A DNA stretch of 64,000 bases, taken from assembly GCA_976226885.1 (NCBI GenBank), contig OZ320314.1, positions 40,920,001 through 40,984,000 of the forward strand, in the 5' to 3' direction. The position numbers and the translations under genes were made by a program. The notes below the pieces were generated by a model. It was given only the letters and a program-made list of their open reading frames with translations, was not told the origin of the DNA and searched no databases. Shown here one piece after another: positions 47,363 through 59,737 of this stretch (position 1 is the first letter of the stretch; every line of letters starts with the position of its first letter). The DNA comes from Iphione sp. A-MEVVRFRX5. Lineage: Eukaryota.

Positions 47363-50300
47363 GTAAGCCACAAGCACAGCAAACACAGCAAGAAAGTAGC
47401 GAGGGATAAGGGTATAGCTCTGTTAGCGAAGTCGATATGTTCCGAGGGTCACTTCGTTATCAAAAACTATGGTTTCCAGAAACATTATATATTACCTTTG
47501 AAGACCCTAACATTTGATAAGAAAATAAGCATTTTTGATATAGTAAATGGTCACGTAGTTATAAAGAGGCTTCATTCTCAGAGGAGAGTACATGTACTTT
47601 TATTGATGCAAAACATGCTGTGTGACACGAAGCGAATGTGCAGTAGTAAATGCCCCTAAGAATTGATGCAGAACATGCCTTTAATTAGAAAAAAGAGACA
47701 GGGCTCTGGGCATCTACATCAGGTCTAAAATGTGTTTTTATTCTTCTACATTTTTTCGTTATAAATGCACCAGTTTCACTGCTTGGATCTTAATACCCTA
47801 GGGGAAAATATGGTGTATTGTGTCTCTAGTATTATTCATTTTAAAGATATTCACGACCCCCCCCCCCGCCCCCACAATGGAAATTGCATTAGGGCAAAAA
47901 TCAGAGTCGATCAGGTTACCAGAAACATATACATTTTTTTTTTTTTTTTTTTCAAGGGCTAGTCAGTTTCTTCCTTCTTACTAAATATTACAGAGATAAT
48001 CCAGAAACTCCTCTCCCTTTAAAATAATGCAGTTGTAATCTAGTGGTAATGTGATATTGCAAACGTCTGGGACTAAGGATGCATTTTTTTATTGTGTATT
48101 CAAGCTAGGAATCGTTGTCAGTATTAAGGAGAACCTTCTTAGGACCAAGGAAATGCATACGCCTCTATTATTCTTATGGTTATAAATGGTTATTTTCATG
48201 GTTGGCATATATACACGTACAGGTATATTTGTTCGTTGATGACTCTTTCAATTTTGCAATGCAAGTTTTGGTCGACAGCCTAATTTACTCATAGTGTCCA
48301 TATTTTCTACTATTGCTTTTTGCGTTGCCCCCTGCTCACCTATCGATGACTTCATTAGCGATCCCCATCACTGATGTTTTCTTGGCAAAGCCGTAGATGT
48401 TGATGAGGTTAACGCACAAAGAGCTTATTTTCAAATCAATCTGTTTTTCTTTTAAATGAGTGGTATTTGTCGCTATCTCTCGCACATCATTAGAAAATTA
48501 TTGAAATTTGAGTCAAAAGTCAGTTTCCTTCTTAAAAGTAAAGTGACCATTTTCTACTTCATCCTTTCGAACTTCATCTACAATAAAACACAGCGGCACC
48601 GATGGTAGATAGCTGCCTCCACGTTCATGTCTATGTACATGTATATCATGACACATTCAGAGGGAATTAAGCGTTGTGGTACCATAATATGTAATGTCAT
48701 TAAGATGCCTATGCGACATTCAGTGGGAATTATGCCAAAACGGATGTTTTAATGTCTTAATTAAATGTAGCTATCTATGATTTTTTTCCCCCAATACGTA
48801 CATCAAGAGGTAGCATTACTGTTCATTTTGTCAGCCTATTTTCTGGCAGCGTTTCCGTGCGTCTGCGAAATGTCCACCAGATTCGTGGCACTCTTGACAA
48901 CGTTCCCGATAGTCTATTATTAACTAACAAAACTAGTTACAAAGAGTGGTATTTTGCGACCATTTAAATCTAATGCTCCCCCCAAAAAAACTTTTTGGTC
49001 GTAAAGAAACCTTACATAGGCAGGGAGCACGTCTTATGTTCTTGGAGTAAATTTGGCAGTATTGGGCATAACATCCATTCGGATATTCAGATATTTAAAT
49101 GAGAATGTACTGAAGTCGGTGTAAAATTGTTAATAGACATTACACACAGAAAAGGTCTATATATTCAAGTGTATTAATTCACGTAGATGGTTTGTCGATA
49201 TGTGGGTGAGGTCACATTGGTGGGTATCTGTGTTCTGNNNNNNNNNNNNNNNNNNNNNNNNNNNNNNNNNNNNNNNNNNNNNNNNNNNNNNNNNNNNNNN
49301 NNNNNNNNNNNNNNNNNNNNNNNNNNNNNNNNNNNNNNNNNNNNNNNNNNNNNNNNNNNNNNNNNNNNNNNNNNNNNNNNNNNCATACACGCACATTCAC
49401 ACAAACTATGCATAGACCACAAGAATATCGTGCATTCTTTAATCCATGTGCCTTTTATAAAATGTACACGTGTTCTACATGGGGATTCTTGCCAGACTTT
49501 GATCGAATGGAATGCTCATGATTGTTTGAAATGCGAGATAGAATCCCAGCGGGGGGGGGGGGAAAGGGGGACTAGCAGATTCCTGGATGTGCGTACCCAT
49601 GTTCGTAGCTATAATGACATACAAAATGTGTGTACGGAAGCCTGTGTGTTGCTAAGAATGGCGGCGTTTCTTGAGAAATGCTTGGCCCCCACAGGGAGAC
49701 GAGTTGCCTTTGATGTGCACACAAGAGACACCGGCTGGGCAATCACTTCTCTAAATGAGGTCCTTTGTCCCCTCGATGGAAAGGGAGAGTGAGAGGTGCG
49801 TGAAAGAAAAGCTACATTTCTCCAACGCTGAAGGCCTGTAGGAGGGATGTGTGTGTGTGGGGGGGGGAAGGGGGATGGGGGAGACAAGCAGGAGATGAGA
49901 CATGCCAACATCTACCAATTGCCACCATGTGTACATCGAAGCCAAAGGCAAATCCCCTTTCACGTCCATGTCTCATGTGTACTTTATCAGCTTGCTTACC
50001 TCTGTTGCGAGGTGCTTTAGCTCCCTTCAGATGTTATTTAATCTTCTTCTGCCCCCTCTGTCTGTTTTTCCATATGTACTTATCAACGTATCTTCTTTTC
50101 TATTTTTCTTCTCCTCTGACATGTGCCTTTACTTTCAGGTCTTCAAGGACATGCCCAGAGGCCAAAAAGAAATTGTAATTTCTTTGTTACCTCACCAGTG
50201 AAATTTGTTGGCTCCACAAGGACGTATTTTGAATTCTTAACTGTTGTTGATACATATAATGTATTACAATTACAAAGATAATTACACAGGAGGACTTATT

Positions 50301-50612
50301 TGAAGGAGTTTTACTGGCTTTTACATCAAGTGATACAATAGTTAAAGAGCATTACTTCGTTTGCATGATCGAATCACAGTCACTACTTATGTCTTCATCA
50401 TTTTACATATATGGCCTCAGTCCTACGTTGATATTTAGCGCATGTTTTCATTTTTTGAATAAGACTTCAAAACATCTTGTTTGTGTAACCTTGATTTACC
50501 TTAGATACCAACGATCTCGCATCTCATTTAACGTTCAAGAGTCGGGACTTATGTTCCTCCTTGTGAGGTTTCCTCTACCGAATCTTTGTCCATGGTAACG
50601 GTCATTTACCTG

Positions 50613-50790
50613 ACTGAACTTTAAGGCTATGGCAGTTTTCAGTTCTCAGTTTTGAGGTTCATGGGCAGGTCTTTGCTGTTCTCAGTTTTGAGCCACATAG
50701 ATAGACTTTTCCAGTTCTGACTTTTAAGACAATAGACCTTTCCAGTTCTCACTCTTAAAGCTGATGTATAGACTTTTTGGCTCTCAGTTT
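50613..50790. repeat. Degenerate ~31-36-bp minisatellite (5-6 units)
   Basis: Recurring (AGA)CTTT(T)CCAGTTCTCAGTTTTGAG-like units. Confidence 0.65.
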
Positions 50791-51199
50791 CAGAGACAGA
50801 TTTGGCCAGAACAAATAGGGTTTTTCTTAGATGTAAGAGTTCCGAAATGGGGACAGCACAGAAATAGGTGACTCAAACGGCCAGATTTCTGTTGTGTTCC
50901 TGATTTCTGACGTTCCGCTGTACATGTACATGTATTTTTAGTTTTCTTCGGTGTTTTCAGATTTTGTTGGGAGAGAAGGAAAAAATCCCTTTCTGACAGT
51001 CATGAATCAATGTAAAATGTATTTGAAGAACTGTCTTTTTCGTCGTTGCTGGGAGTCTTAACTCATTTTTCATGTTGTGTTGCCATGCAGACAAATTGAT
51101 CTCTTGTCAAAGAAAAATGCACCTAATCTCGGTACCTATGTTCATCCAGTTCGCCCACGGTTTTACTGCGTAGCACACAATATAGATGATTTGCTCTTC

Positions 51200-51202
<3 letters not shown>

Positions 51203-51230
<28 letters not shown>
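51203..51230 (+). repeat. Poly(A) tract (28 nt)
   Basis: Direct reading. Confidence 0.95.
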
Positions 51231-51231
<1 letters not shown>

Positions 51232-51462
51232 ACACTCGAGGCTAATATAGCTTTACAGACATATCCCTGCGTGTATAGATGTGCAGCGTTTTACTCAGGT
51301 GCACTCCAGAACAAGAATATTTGAATTGTCCGCCTAGAGGAGATGCAGGCTAATCAGGCAGGGAGCTGCCGTGCCGTCCCAGGGAGCGGGAGGCATGTGT
51401 TAAATTGGTTACAGAAAAATAAATACTGAAGCAGTCAAGGTCAACGAAAGACACGGACACAC

Positions 51463-51493
51463 ACTCACGCGCGCGCACACACGCACGCACGCA

Positions 51494-51530
<37 letters not shown>
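51463..51530. repeat. (CG)/(CGCA)/(CA)n compound repeat
   Basis: Direct reading. Confidence 0.9.
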
Positions 51531-51532
<2 letters not shown>

Positions 51533-54436
51533 TAATTGTAAAGTCCCATTCATCCTCAAGCTCAGTCGTGAGAGCTCGGCAGTGGTGAACACTTAATGTA
51601 ATTACACGTGCCTACGTCCCGCGGCCGAAACAAACAGATCATGCACTTCTCAGAAAAGGTTTATCCATGTACATCTAGTCAGCAGAAATTAAAAAAAAAA
51701 ATCGACAAGAGGAAGAAAGCGATTAGGACAGAGACAGGCAGATTGAATGAGTGAGGGGTTGAAGTGCAGCGGAAAAGGGAATCAAGCACGAGAAACGAAT
51801 ACAGAGGCCCAAAATCAGTCTGATTGCATCCATGCATTTTCAGTTGGCATGCAGGCATGGTTTCGGTAAACGAGGCGCAACAGTAAGTCAAGTAGTTTGG
51901 CTTTGGGCCCTTACGGCTCCACTGTTGGAACTAGGAGCGCCGCAACAGCGTGAAATCGCGTACCAGTGAAAAAAATTAATCTGCCCAACGCCCTTTGGAC
52001 TGCCACACGAGTGAAGAAGACGGAATGGAGCTAAGTGTGGACCGTTTTAATAAACAGCCCTCCGTTCTTCGGGAGAGGTACATTTATTTTAAAAAATCAC
52101 GAATGCCGAGCACCTGGAGGGACAGTCTTCCCTATAGAAGGGACGAAGGATTATTACTGCAGTCTCTATGTCACCATATAAATTCATCTTTCTGTGGCCG
52201 TCGGTTTGTGTATACACAGGTCTACATACAGAAGCATAGCCTTTTCATAGCGAAGCCAAAAGTGTCGATAGGCTGTGTTCACGTCTCTGATGTGCCCAGT
52301 CCTGTAGTTCAACCACATGTAGTTCTATGGAGGCACATAGGTGTATCTGTATCCGCACACATATCAAGTACCACCCCTTGCCCTTTCTAGTAGAACATCA
52401 GAAAAGAAAGGTTATCTTCGCTCACATACTGTATAGATTCAGAGCCGTTCAGATTTCTTCATATTCCACACGTTGCTGCTTTCTTGCAGGTTAGTTATAT
52501 ACCGTGTCTTATTTAGCCAGTCTTTCGTGGAAAAGTGTGTTGTTAATGATCTGGAAAGAAGGTCGTCCTTACTCACATCTGTTTCTCTTTATTACATGGT
52601 GAATGTCAAATGGACATGTACAAAGCTGAAATTAAACAGTTTTGTCTCCCTCCAATAGGCCCTTCGCTGCACTGTCAGCCACACCCTACAACGCGATATT
52701 TTTCGGCTTTTGTTACGTAGTAGACTCCTCCAGTGAAAATGCACAGTGTCTGCTACTTTAATCTAAATGTCACGCTGTAACGGTTTGTTTTAGCCGTCTA
52801 CGATGCCATGCATAATGTAACCCTGAACTAACGAATAACTTTTTTTAAATCCTTGATAAATTTCGAAACGTTGGCATGGAAAACTCTGTTTGATGTCAAG
52901 AAACACACACAGATGCGCACGACTTTAAGTTAAAAGGACATTTTCTTTGGGAGGGACGGTCTTCAGAATTAACATAAAATTGGAATTTGTCAGCCTTCTC
53001 ACTCTGTCGGCTTCGTTCTCAACCCTCCGGGGATGAAACATCTCGATTTTCGGCTGGTAAGGAATTATTTCTTAGAACTACGAAAGAGGTGGGGGCTTCC
53101 CCCCCCCCCAACCTTCTTTCTCCCTCGAGTGCTGCAGGCTCCGTCCTCACTGTGTCCGGGATAAACAAGTATCGATGTTCAGGAAGGTCGTCCACACCAG
53201 GGCCGTCTGATCAGCTACAAGGGGTTGGTGGTTTAATCCCACCCGGTGGCTGAGTCCATTGTAGTACTTATCGATGACAAACATGGATAAGAAAAATATA
53301 CATCTAAAATGTCCAAAAGGGATCGAAAACTCCTACTGCCCCGTGACCCTTTGAAACCTGTCTGAAAACAGCACCATCTATTGTTGCATGTTATAGTTTC
53401 AATGACTTGAAATATCCATTTGTTTAGTGTAGAGGACAAAACTGCTGTTTCAGTGTTTCTAGTCAGTTTGTGGGGAATTTCGCTCTCAGATACAGTCAGC
53501 AATGTTTATTCGGAGAGTCCGCGGTGTCATGGGGTTCTGCTTGAGATAAACAGTACATGTACCTTAATAATGAAAGGTTTTGGCCCAAAAAAAGGGAAAA
53601 GCTATCACGAAAATATGTGTGACTCCGGAAGGAATTGGAATATTTGGCCAGCGAGTGAGTGAGGCTGACACTATATGAGTATTACCTGAATTTAGACGAG
53701 GCTAAAATCCACCTGGTCAGCTGGATTTTACCTTGATGAATAGAAGAAAGCTTTCCTTTGTAACTGTAGTAGCCATTGTGAGACCATGTGAACACAGTGT
53801 ATGTGGTTAAGAATATAGAATACAGTGCTGTGTACAATACTGTATGCACATTGGACTATACACACATGCATTTATAAATATTGGTGTGTGAGTGTGTGTA
53901 TTTGTGTGTATTGTATTAAAGTGCAATCTCAAATATGGTCTTCCAGTGCTATCATCTATGCCTCCCCCCCTCCCCTCGCGCTGCATGTCAATACCCGTGT
54001 GGAGTTCGTAACATAACATACATACATAGTTGCTGCAAGGACCTGCGGGTCATCTTTATATTTACTCCTTATATTTACTTCATATTTTCAAGTCAAATGT
54101 GCGCTTACCAGAGCAGAAAACCTCACCCTCGTCGCGCTTAGTAGTATGCGATCATGTGTTAAATTGGCTTGGCCAGTGCCACTCATTCCTTGAATCACGT
54201 CCACGGTTATGTCTGGACCTGTGCGTTGAAACGATCAATGTCCTTTGAGTTTGTTGCGGACTGATGCTTGCTGTTCTCCATGTTTCTACGTCGTGTATTT
54301 CTAGTGATGTAAATATATATTATATACATGTATATATAAGGGAAGGCGTAATTAATTCATTCCTCAAGGCTCAGAGAAAACTAAAAAAGCAAATAAACAA
54401 AATATAAATATATATATACACACATACATTTATAAA

Positions 54437-54538
54437 CAGTAGAACCATGTAGAACTGGGGACACCCTTGGTTCCCATTGAAACTCTGCCCATTTAACTCT
54501 ACCCATCCAGGGGTTATCCCCAGTCCTAGATGGTACTG
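54437..54538. mobile_element. Small CAGT...ACTG (Tc1/pogo-type) MITE
   Basis: Imperfect TIRs: left CAGTAGAACCATGTAGAACTGGGA versus reverse complement of the right end CAGTACCATCTAGGACTGGGGA. The expected TA TSDs are not intact. Confidence 0.55.
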
Positions 54539-54819
54539 TGTTTAGCCAAAACATGAGCCAAAGGTGTCTCCAGTCACTCATACGTCGCTTACCATATCCC
54601 CAAATAGCATCAACTCAGAGCAGGAAAAAATGTTTACAAGCTTCTCTTTTGCAGTGCTATTTTGAAACCCCACTGTGTGCCCTCTGAATGCAGAGGTAGG
54701 AAGAGACTACAGTGATCTGTGGCCCCCCAGTCAGGTCTAGCTGGTCGATGAAGTTACGACAGATAATCCGCCACATTTCGTTGGCATGGGGGGGGGGTGG
54801 GGGTGGGGGTGGTCGGAGT

Positions 54820-54880
54820 CACCCTTATCGGTGACGTCAGCGATCAGGGTCACTCGAGTGGCCGCAGGAGATAAGCGGCC
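54820..54880. promoter_or_regulatory. Intronic enhancer-like motif cluster
   Basis: Full CRE TGACGTCA (54832-54839) flanked by GATA sites (CTTATC, GATAAG) next to G-rich boxes. Confidence 0.3.
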
Positions 54881-57800
54881 ATAGTACAAGGCCCTCTGTA
54901 TCATATGATCTGCCTTCTGATTGAGTTTTTTTTTTTATCCGAGATTGTGATATATATGGTTTCAATCTCTTTCGAAGAGACAGATGTGTGGGCAATATCA
55001 TATTCATGTACATGCACATGCACTTAAGGTATGTTAGAAAACTAGGACTGACAAACCAACAGACTCCAGTGGTTGCGCCTGATTGTTTGTTTCATATAGG
55101 AAATATGAGGAAATTCCTATTAAAGAAACCGTTTTATACTGAAGTTGACTGTCTTTGTATAATTTTCTGGCCTGAGACCACCTCCCAAGAAAAAACATTA
55201 TGGCAGTTCATGCTGCAATGGTGTGTTCCTACTAAGGAACTAAAATCTAGGAACACACGTAGAGTGCTTCGTCGACATAGATCCTTTTATTTCACTAGCG
55301 AGCTTCATGTACCTAGTTTATGGCAATGAATTATAATCCCGTGGAGTCTNNNNNNNNNNNNNNNNNNNNNNNNNNNNNNNNNNNNNNNNNNNNNNNNNNN
55401 NNNNNNNNNNNNNNNNNNNNNNNNNNNNNNNNNNNNNNNNNNNNNNNNNNNNNNNNNNNNNNNNNNNNNNNNNNNNNNNNNNNNNNNNNNNNNNNNNNNN
55501 NNNNNNNNNNNNCTCACAGTATGTCTGTGTCTCTTCGTCCCTTTGTCTCTATCTCTCTCTCTCTCTCTCATGCTCTCTTGGCTTGTCCTGTCTATTGGCC
55601 TGTCTGTTTCTATCTGTTATTCTCACAGTATTTTGTCTTTATCTCTCAGATCTCTGATTATCTCTGCATTTCCTGCTTGTCTCTCTTTCTATACATGTAT
55701 ATTTTTTCTATCCGTCTCACAGTATTCGCTTTCTCGCCGCCTCTATGAGCGTGCGTCTTTCTTCTGGAACACGGCAGGACGTTACTGTCTTGCCGTCTCC
55801 CTCAGGCCATAACAGAAAAGTAAGACATAATTGAAAGGAATAGCCGCCTCGCCAGTGCTGTGTCATTAGTGGCTGCGGCCATCTTCATTTGTTACGTTTG
55901 CGTTTTTGTCCCCTCTAGTTGGCGTAGCCTTTTGCCAAACTGGTTTTTTTTTGCTTATTGTTTTTGATGAGAAAGTCGGACATAATAGACAGTAGTTGTG
56001 GTGACTGTTGCTCGTCGCAGCACATTTAAAAATTTTAATTAAATCAAAACAATACTGGGAAGGAAACCGAAGGAAGGTATTCGGATTTTTTTCCATGAGG
56101 AGTCGTATTTGTTTCTCCTTAGATTCAATTCCGTGAAGATAGGTTTGTTTCTCAGTATCATTTCACGAATGACAGATGAGCCAAATTTGTTTTCCCCCAA
56201 GGATGTCACAAGGAAGATAATGCGACAAGCTTGCAGGAATTGATAAACTAGCTGGAAAACAACACCAAAAATCAATCTCAATAACTATCTGCAGGAAGGA
56301 GAGGAAAGAATTCTGCTGTAGCCTAGAATGAGGGATTGGTTACTATAGATAGCAGATTCCGTGTCCTCTCAATAGAACCCCCGTTATTCCCGCAGGGTTC
56401 GCACTCATTTTGACAGCCACTGAAAGCCTGCGGTCGAGTATTTATCATCTGGCAGCGCCAACTGGTGGCCGGGCGGGCAAGTATCCGCCAGTTGGCTGTT
56501 GACACTTGAGTCTTGTAGCAAAAACATACGTCATGCTAGCGACGACAATGCCCATGAATTTGTAGCCGAGCTCCGGTGGAGGCTGTCAAACGCGCCATTG
56601 CTGGCCTTGCCTCGAAAAGCCCTGCACCCGGTTATAAGTGAACGCTTACGAGGGCGGAAGATGTGTGAAGCATATATATGCAGGCCATGTACGACTGTTG
56701 CATTTATCTCACCTGCATTTTCCTTGCCAGCTCCTTTCTCCCAGAGATAGATTAGATGGGGTGGATACCAATTCATCTCGTCGTAAATAATTGAAGAATT
56801 ATTTTAACAGTTATTTAGATCTACGCGCGCACAGAGATAGTGTATACATGTCAACAGGCTAGTGCTCTTAAGCTTAGAGAAAATAAAGAATTTTTTGTAT
56901 ACGTACGTTTGTCGATGAGCGTGTACATTGTAAATGAACAGGTCAGGAAAGTACGGGAAACTTTGCCTTGATGCAAAAAGTCAATAAGCTTCACTTCGTA
57001 TTGGTAGCCCTGTGAATGTAAAAACAACTTAATATACACAGTGTAATGTTTCTTTCTGGACAGTAAGAAGAGGTAAGTTCTCCCCTTTTGTATGTTTTCT
57101 TTACTATATCAGTAGGTACTGGCATTGTAATATGAGTGACGATTTGTTGTTCCCCATTCTTATACACAGGATACGTAGGAATGCTGCTGTCCAATGGTTC
57201 GACCTTGGAACCGTTAGAGTGTCTTTGCAAACCTTTGAAACCTACCAGATCTCTCTAAAACTAAGACACTAAACTATTCGAGCCCAGAAATTTACACAGA
57301 ATGACTTATTTTGACAAGGGTGCATACCTCACAGGAACCGTAGCTATACCAGTGATCTTGTTCGTTAAAGATTACTATTTTTGTAGCTGTGCACCTAGCT
57401 TTAAAGGATGCGATAGTAATAAAAAAAGGAACATATTAGACATTGTCTTATCAAAGCAACTTGTAGTCCGAACCACTGGAGTAAAAAATGAGAAGAAAGA
57501 TTTAAAGAAGTAAAACGTATCTCACAGAGAAACAATAATCAAGATTTCGTTGGTCCACATGACTGTTGGCAGGCAAAAAAAAGACAAATGAACAGAAGTC
57601 CTACACGATCAAGGATGGCTAATGCAGGAGGTTTAAAATCGAAGCCTTTTATGTTCAAAGAGTTATAAGTAGTTGTTTTTTTGTTTTTTTTTAATCTCTG
57701 ATCCTCCCCATTGTCCTGTATCGGTGGAAAATGTTGGGCCGCTGTCGTCTTCGTGTGTCCTGGAGAGGGCACTGACAAAGTTAATATTTTGTCTGAACAT

Positions 57801-58003
57801 CTTACCTTGAAATGGAGGTCAGTCAGGAGGATGTAAATACATGTACGCCTAAACCTTAGGGACTTTCTTCACGTTGTCTGTCGTATGCTTCTACCATATT
57901 CCGTCAGTTTTGAGGGGATTTTTGTCCTGTTAGAAGTCAGTCACACAGGGTGTCTCGATCAACAGAGGTCTAACACTGCAGGGTCCAGTCGTCAGGCGGA
58001 CAT

Positions 58004-58042
<39 letters not shown>
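58004..58042. repeat. (GGCA)n microsatellite
   Basis: Direct reading. Confidence 0.95.
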
Positions 58043-58749
58043 ATGGGCAGAGGACTGCATGTCTTTTAATGAAGCTATATAGCAGTGAATATCAGTCGGA
58101 GCAGAAATTCGGTATTGAGACCTAAAAAATGCACAGAAGGAGATAAAGAAGACAAGCGTTCGAAAAGATAAAATGACGGGCAGATACATTTTTTTGTGAT
58201 AACACCTGATTGAAAACTTCGTAATAGATTTCGAAAGGGGGACAAAAATATCCAAGCGTACCGAAGCGCTTCACTCACAGCGAACAACAGTATCACAGAT
58301 GTAAAGCAGAAATGAAACGGTACGTTCTAGTCACATAGGCAGTCAGTATAATGAATACAGTTAGCCCAGGGCTGGGATGAAGTAACGCAAAATTACAGGT
58401 TAGCCGTGGCAGTCTGAGCTCTCGGATTTCCACAAGACAGGATTTCAGCTGGCCTCTTGATCCTTTGATGAGGGGGTTTGCCTTTGGGACTGTTTCCAAG
58501 AGGAATCGCCTGGTAACGACCCCCCCGCCCCCAACAACACCACCACCATTTTCAGTGCAGTGATGTTACCATTGGCGGTGTAGTTCAACCCTGTAGCCTC
58601 CTACTCCAGAATGAATTATATATTTCAATGCCCAGAATGTTGACCCCCTCGAGATAAATTACGACTGCTTCTTAAACTAATTAGTATTCGCCAAGGAAGG
58701 AACAAATGAGGAACATTCATTAGTGATAGGTAACTACATATCCTCAAGG

Positions 58750-58980
58750 TCATGGGGGGGTCATGGCGCAGGTCGGCCGAAGGTCAGGTGCGTCGTAGCC
58801 GGCGCGGGGAGGGGAGGCGGGTCCAGTAATGAGCGCAGCTAAGTAGCCATCACGCACCGTCAGGGCCTGGTCACTGACCATGGAGGTAACCTTAAACATG
58901 ACTCTACAGGCTGGGCGGTCGCCCCTGGCTCGACCCTCATTACTGTCATTAGCAGTCACGACCACGCCCACTTTGCACCA
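58750..58980 (+). promoter_or_regulatory. Intronic CpG island, possible internal promoter
   Basis: CpG-rich with GGGAGGCGGG and CCACGCCC boxes. Contains ACCATGGAG|GTAACC. Confidence 0.35.
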
Positions 58981-59518
58981 CGGCCTAATAGAGGCGGTGA
59001 TTAAACTGAGGTCTCTTGACTAGAATATGAGGATACCTCAAGAGATGGCAAATTAGTGCTTGGAAATATTGGGTAATTTTTGCAAAGCTGCTGTCCAACG
59101 TGTTTCTTTTTTCATTTGTGGTGTATTTTTTGTTGTTGTTCGTTTTCACTCAGTGTTTACCTAGGGTAACTTTTAAACCACATCTAACGTTTTTGTTCCG
59201 TGAACTTCGAGTCATCTGGCTGCCTATATACGTGTCCGTTGTAGGTAACATTATACCCGAAGGAAACGTTACTTAGCAGAGGAGCCTTGTAAAAATAATA
59301 AACCTAAAAAAATTCTCCCAAACTCAGATAAACGATTCATACTTTCAAGAAACTAGATTATTGCCTAATAAAATATTGGCGTACGCCACGTTTGGGTTTC
59401 TGTGGCGTATGTCTCCCTCATGAATTGTTGCTGTGTATGCAGCATCAGTTCTTGCCAAATATGATGACGGCTATCGCCAACACGTGACCAGTATTGCTGC
59501 CATGCGTGGGCATGCCCA

Positions 59519-59537
59519 CGCTGCCCTCTAGTGGTCA
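59519..59537 (-). promoter_or_regulatory. CTCF-binding motif
   Basis: The reverse complement reads GACCACTAGAGGGCAGCG, matching the CTCF core CCAC(C/T)AG(A/G)(G/T)GGC(A/G). Confidence 0.55.
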
Positions 59538-59677
59538 CTAATGACATTGATCTGTATACTTCCTGGTTACAGGGTTCGTTGATATGTTCGAGAGGCGGAC
59601 CATTGATTCTCTAATAACCAGTGGGATGTAATGGCTTATGTGAGGGTTTCTGGCTAATGGTCCCAAAGAAAGGATGT

Positions 59678-59703
59678 GAGAGAGAGAGAGAGAGAGGGAG
59701 AAG

Positions 59704-59737
<34 letters not shown>
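59678..59737. repeat. (GA)n/(GACA)n repeat
   Basis: Direct reading. Confidence 0.95.

Noticed and set aside
47363-47659. Extension of the 151-aa ORF beyond LPR
   Set aside because: It starts with a consensus donor, and the sequence turns AT-rich and loses LRR periodicity, so it is intron.
53200-53250. tRNA-Asn-like 3' half GGTTGGTGGTTTAATCCCACCC; similar fragments at 29170-29230 and 60893-60945
   Set aside because: No cloverleaf or A-box. At most these are SINE-head relics, not tRNA genes.
2354-55748. ORFs containing X runs or RERE/SLSL/THTH/YIYI
   Set aside because: Artefacts of N-gaps and microsatellites.
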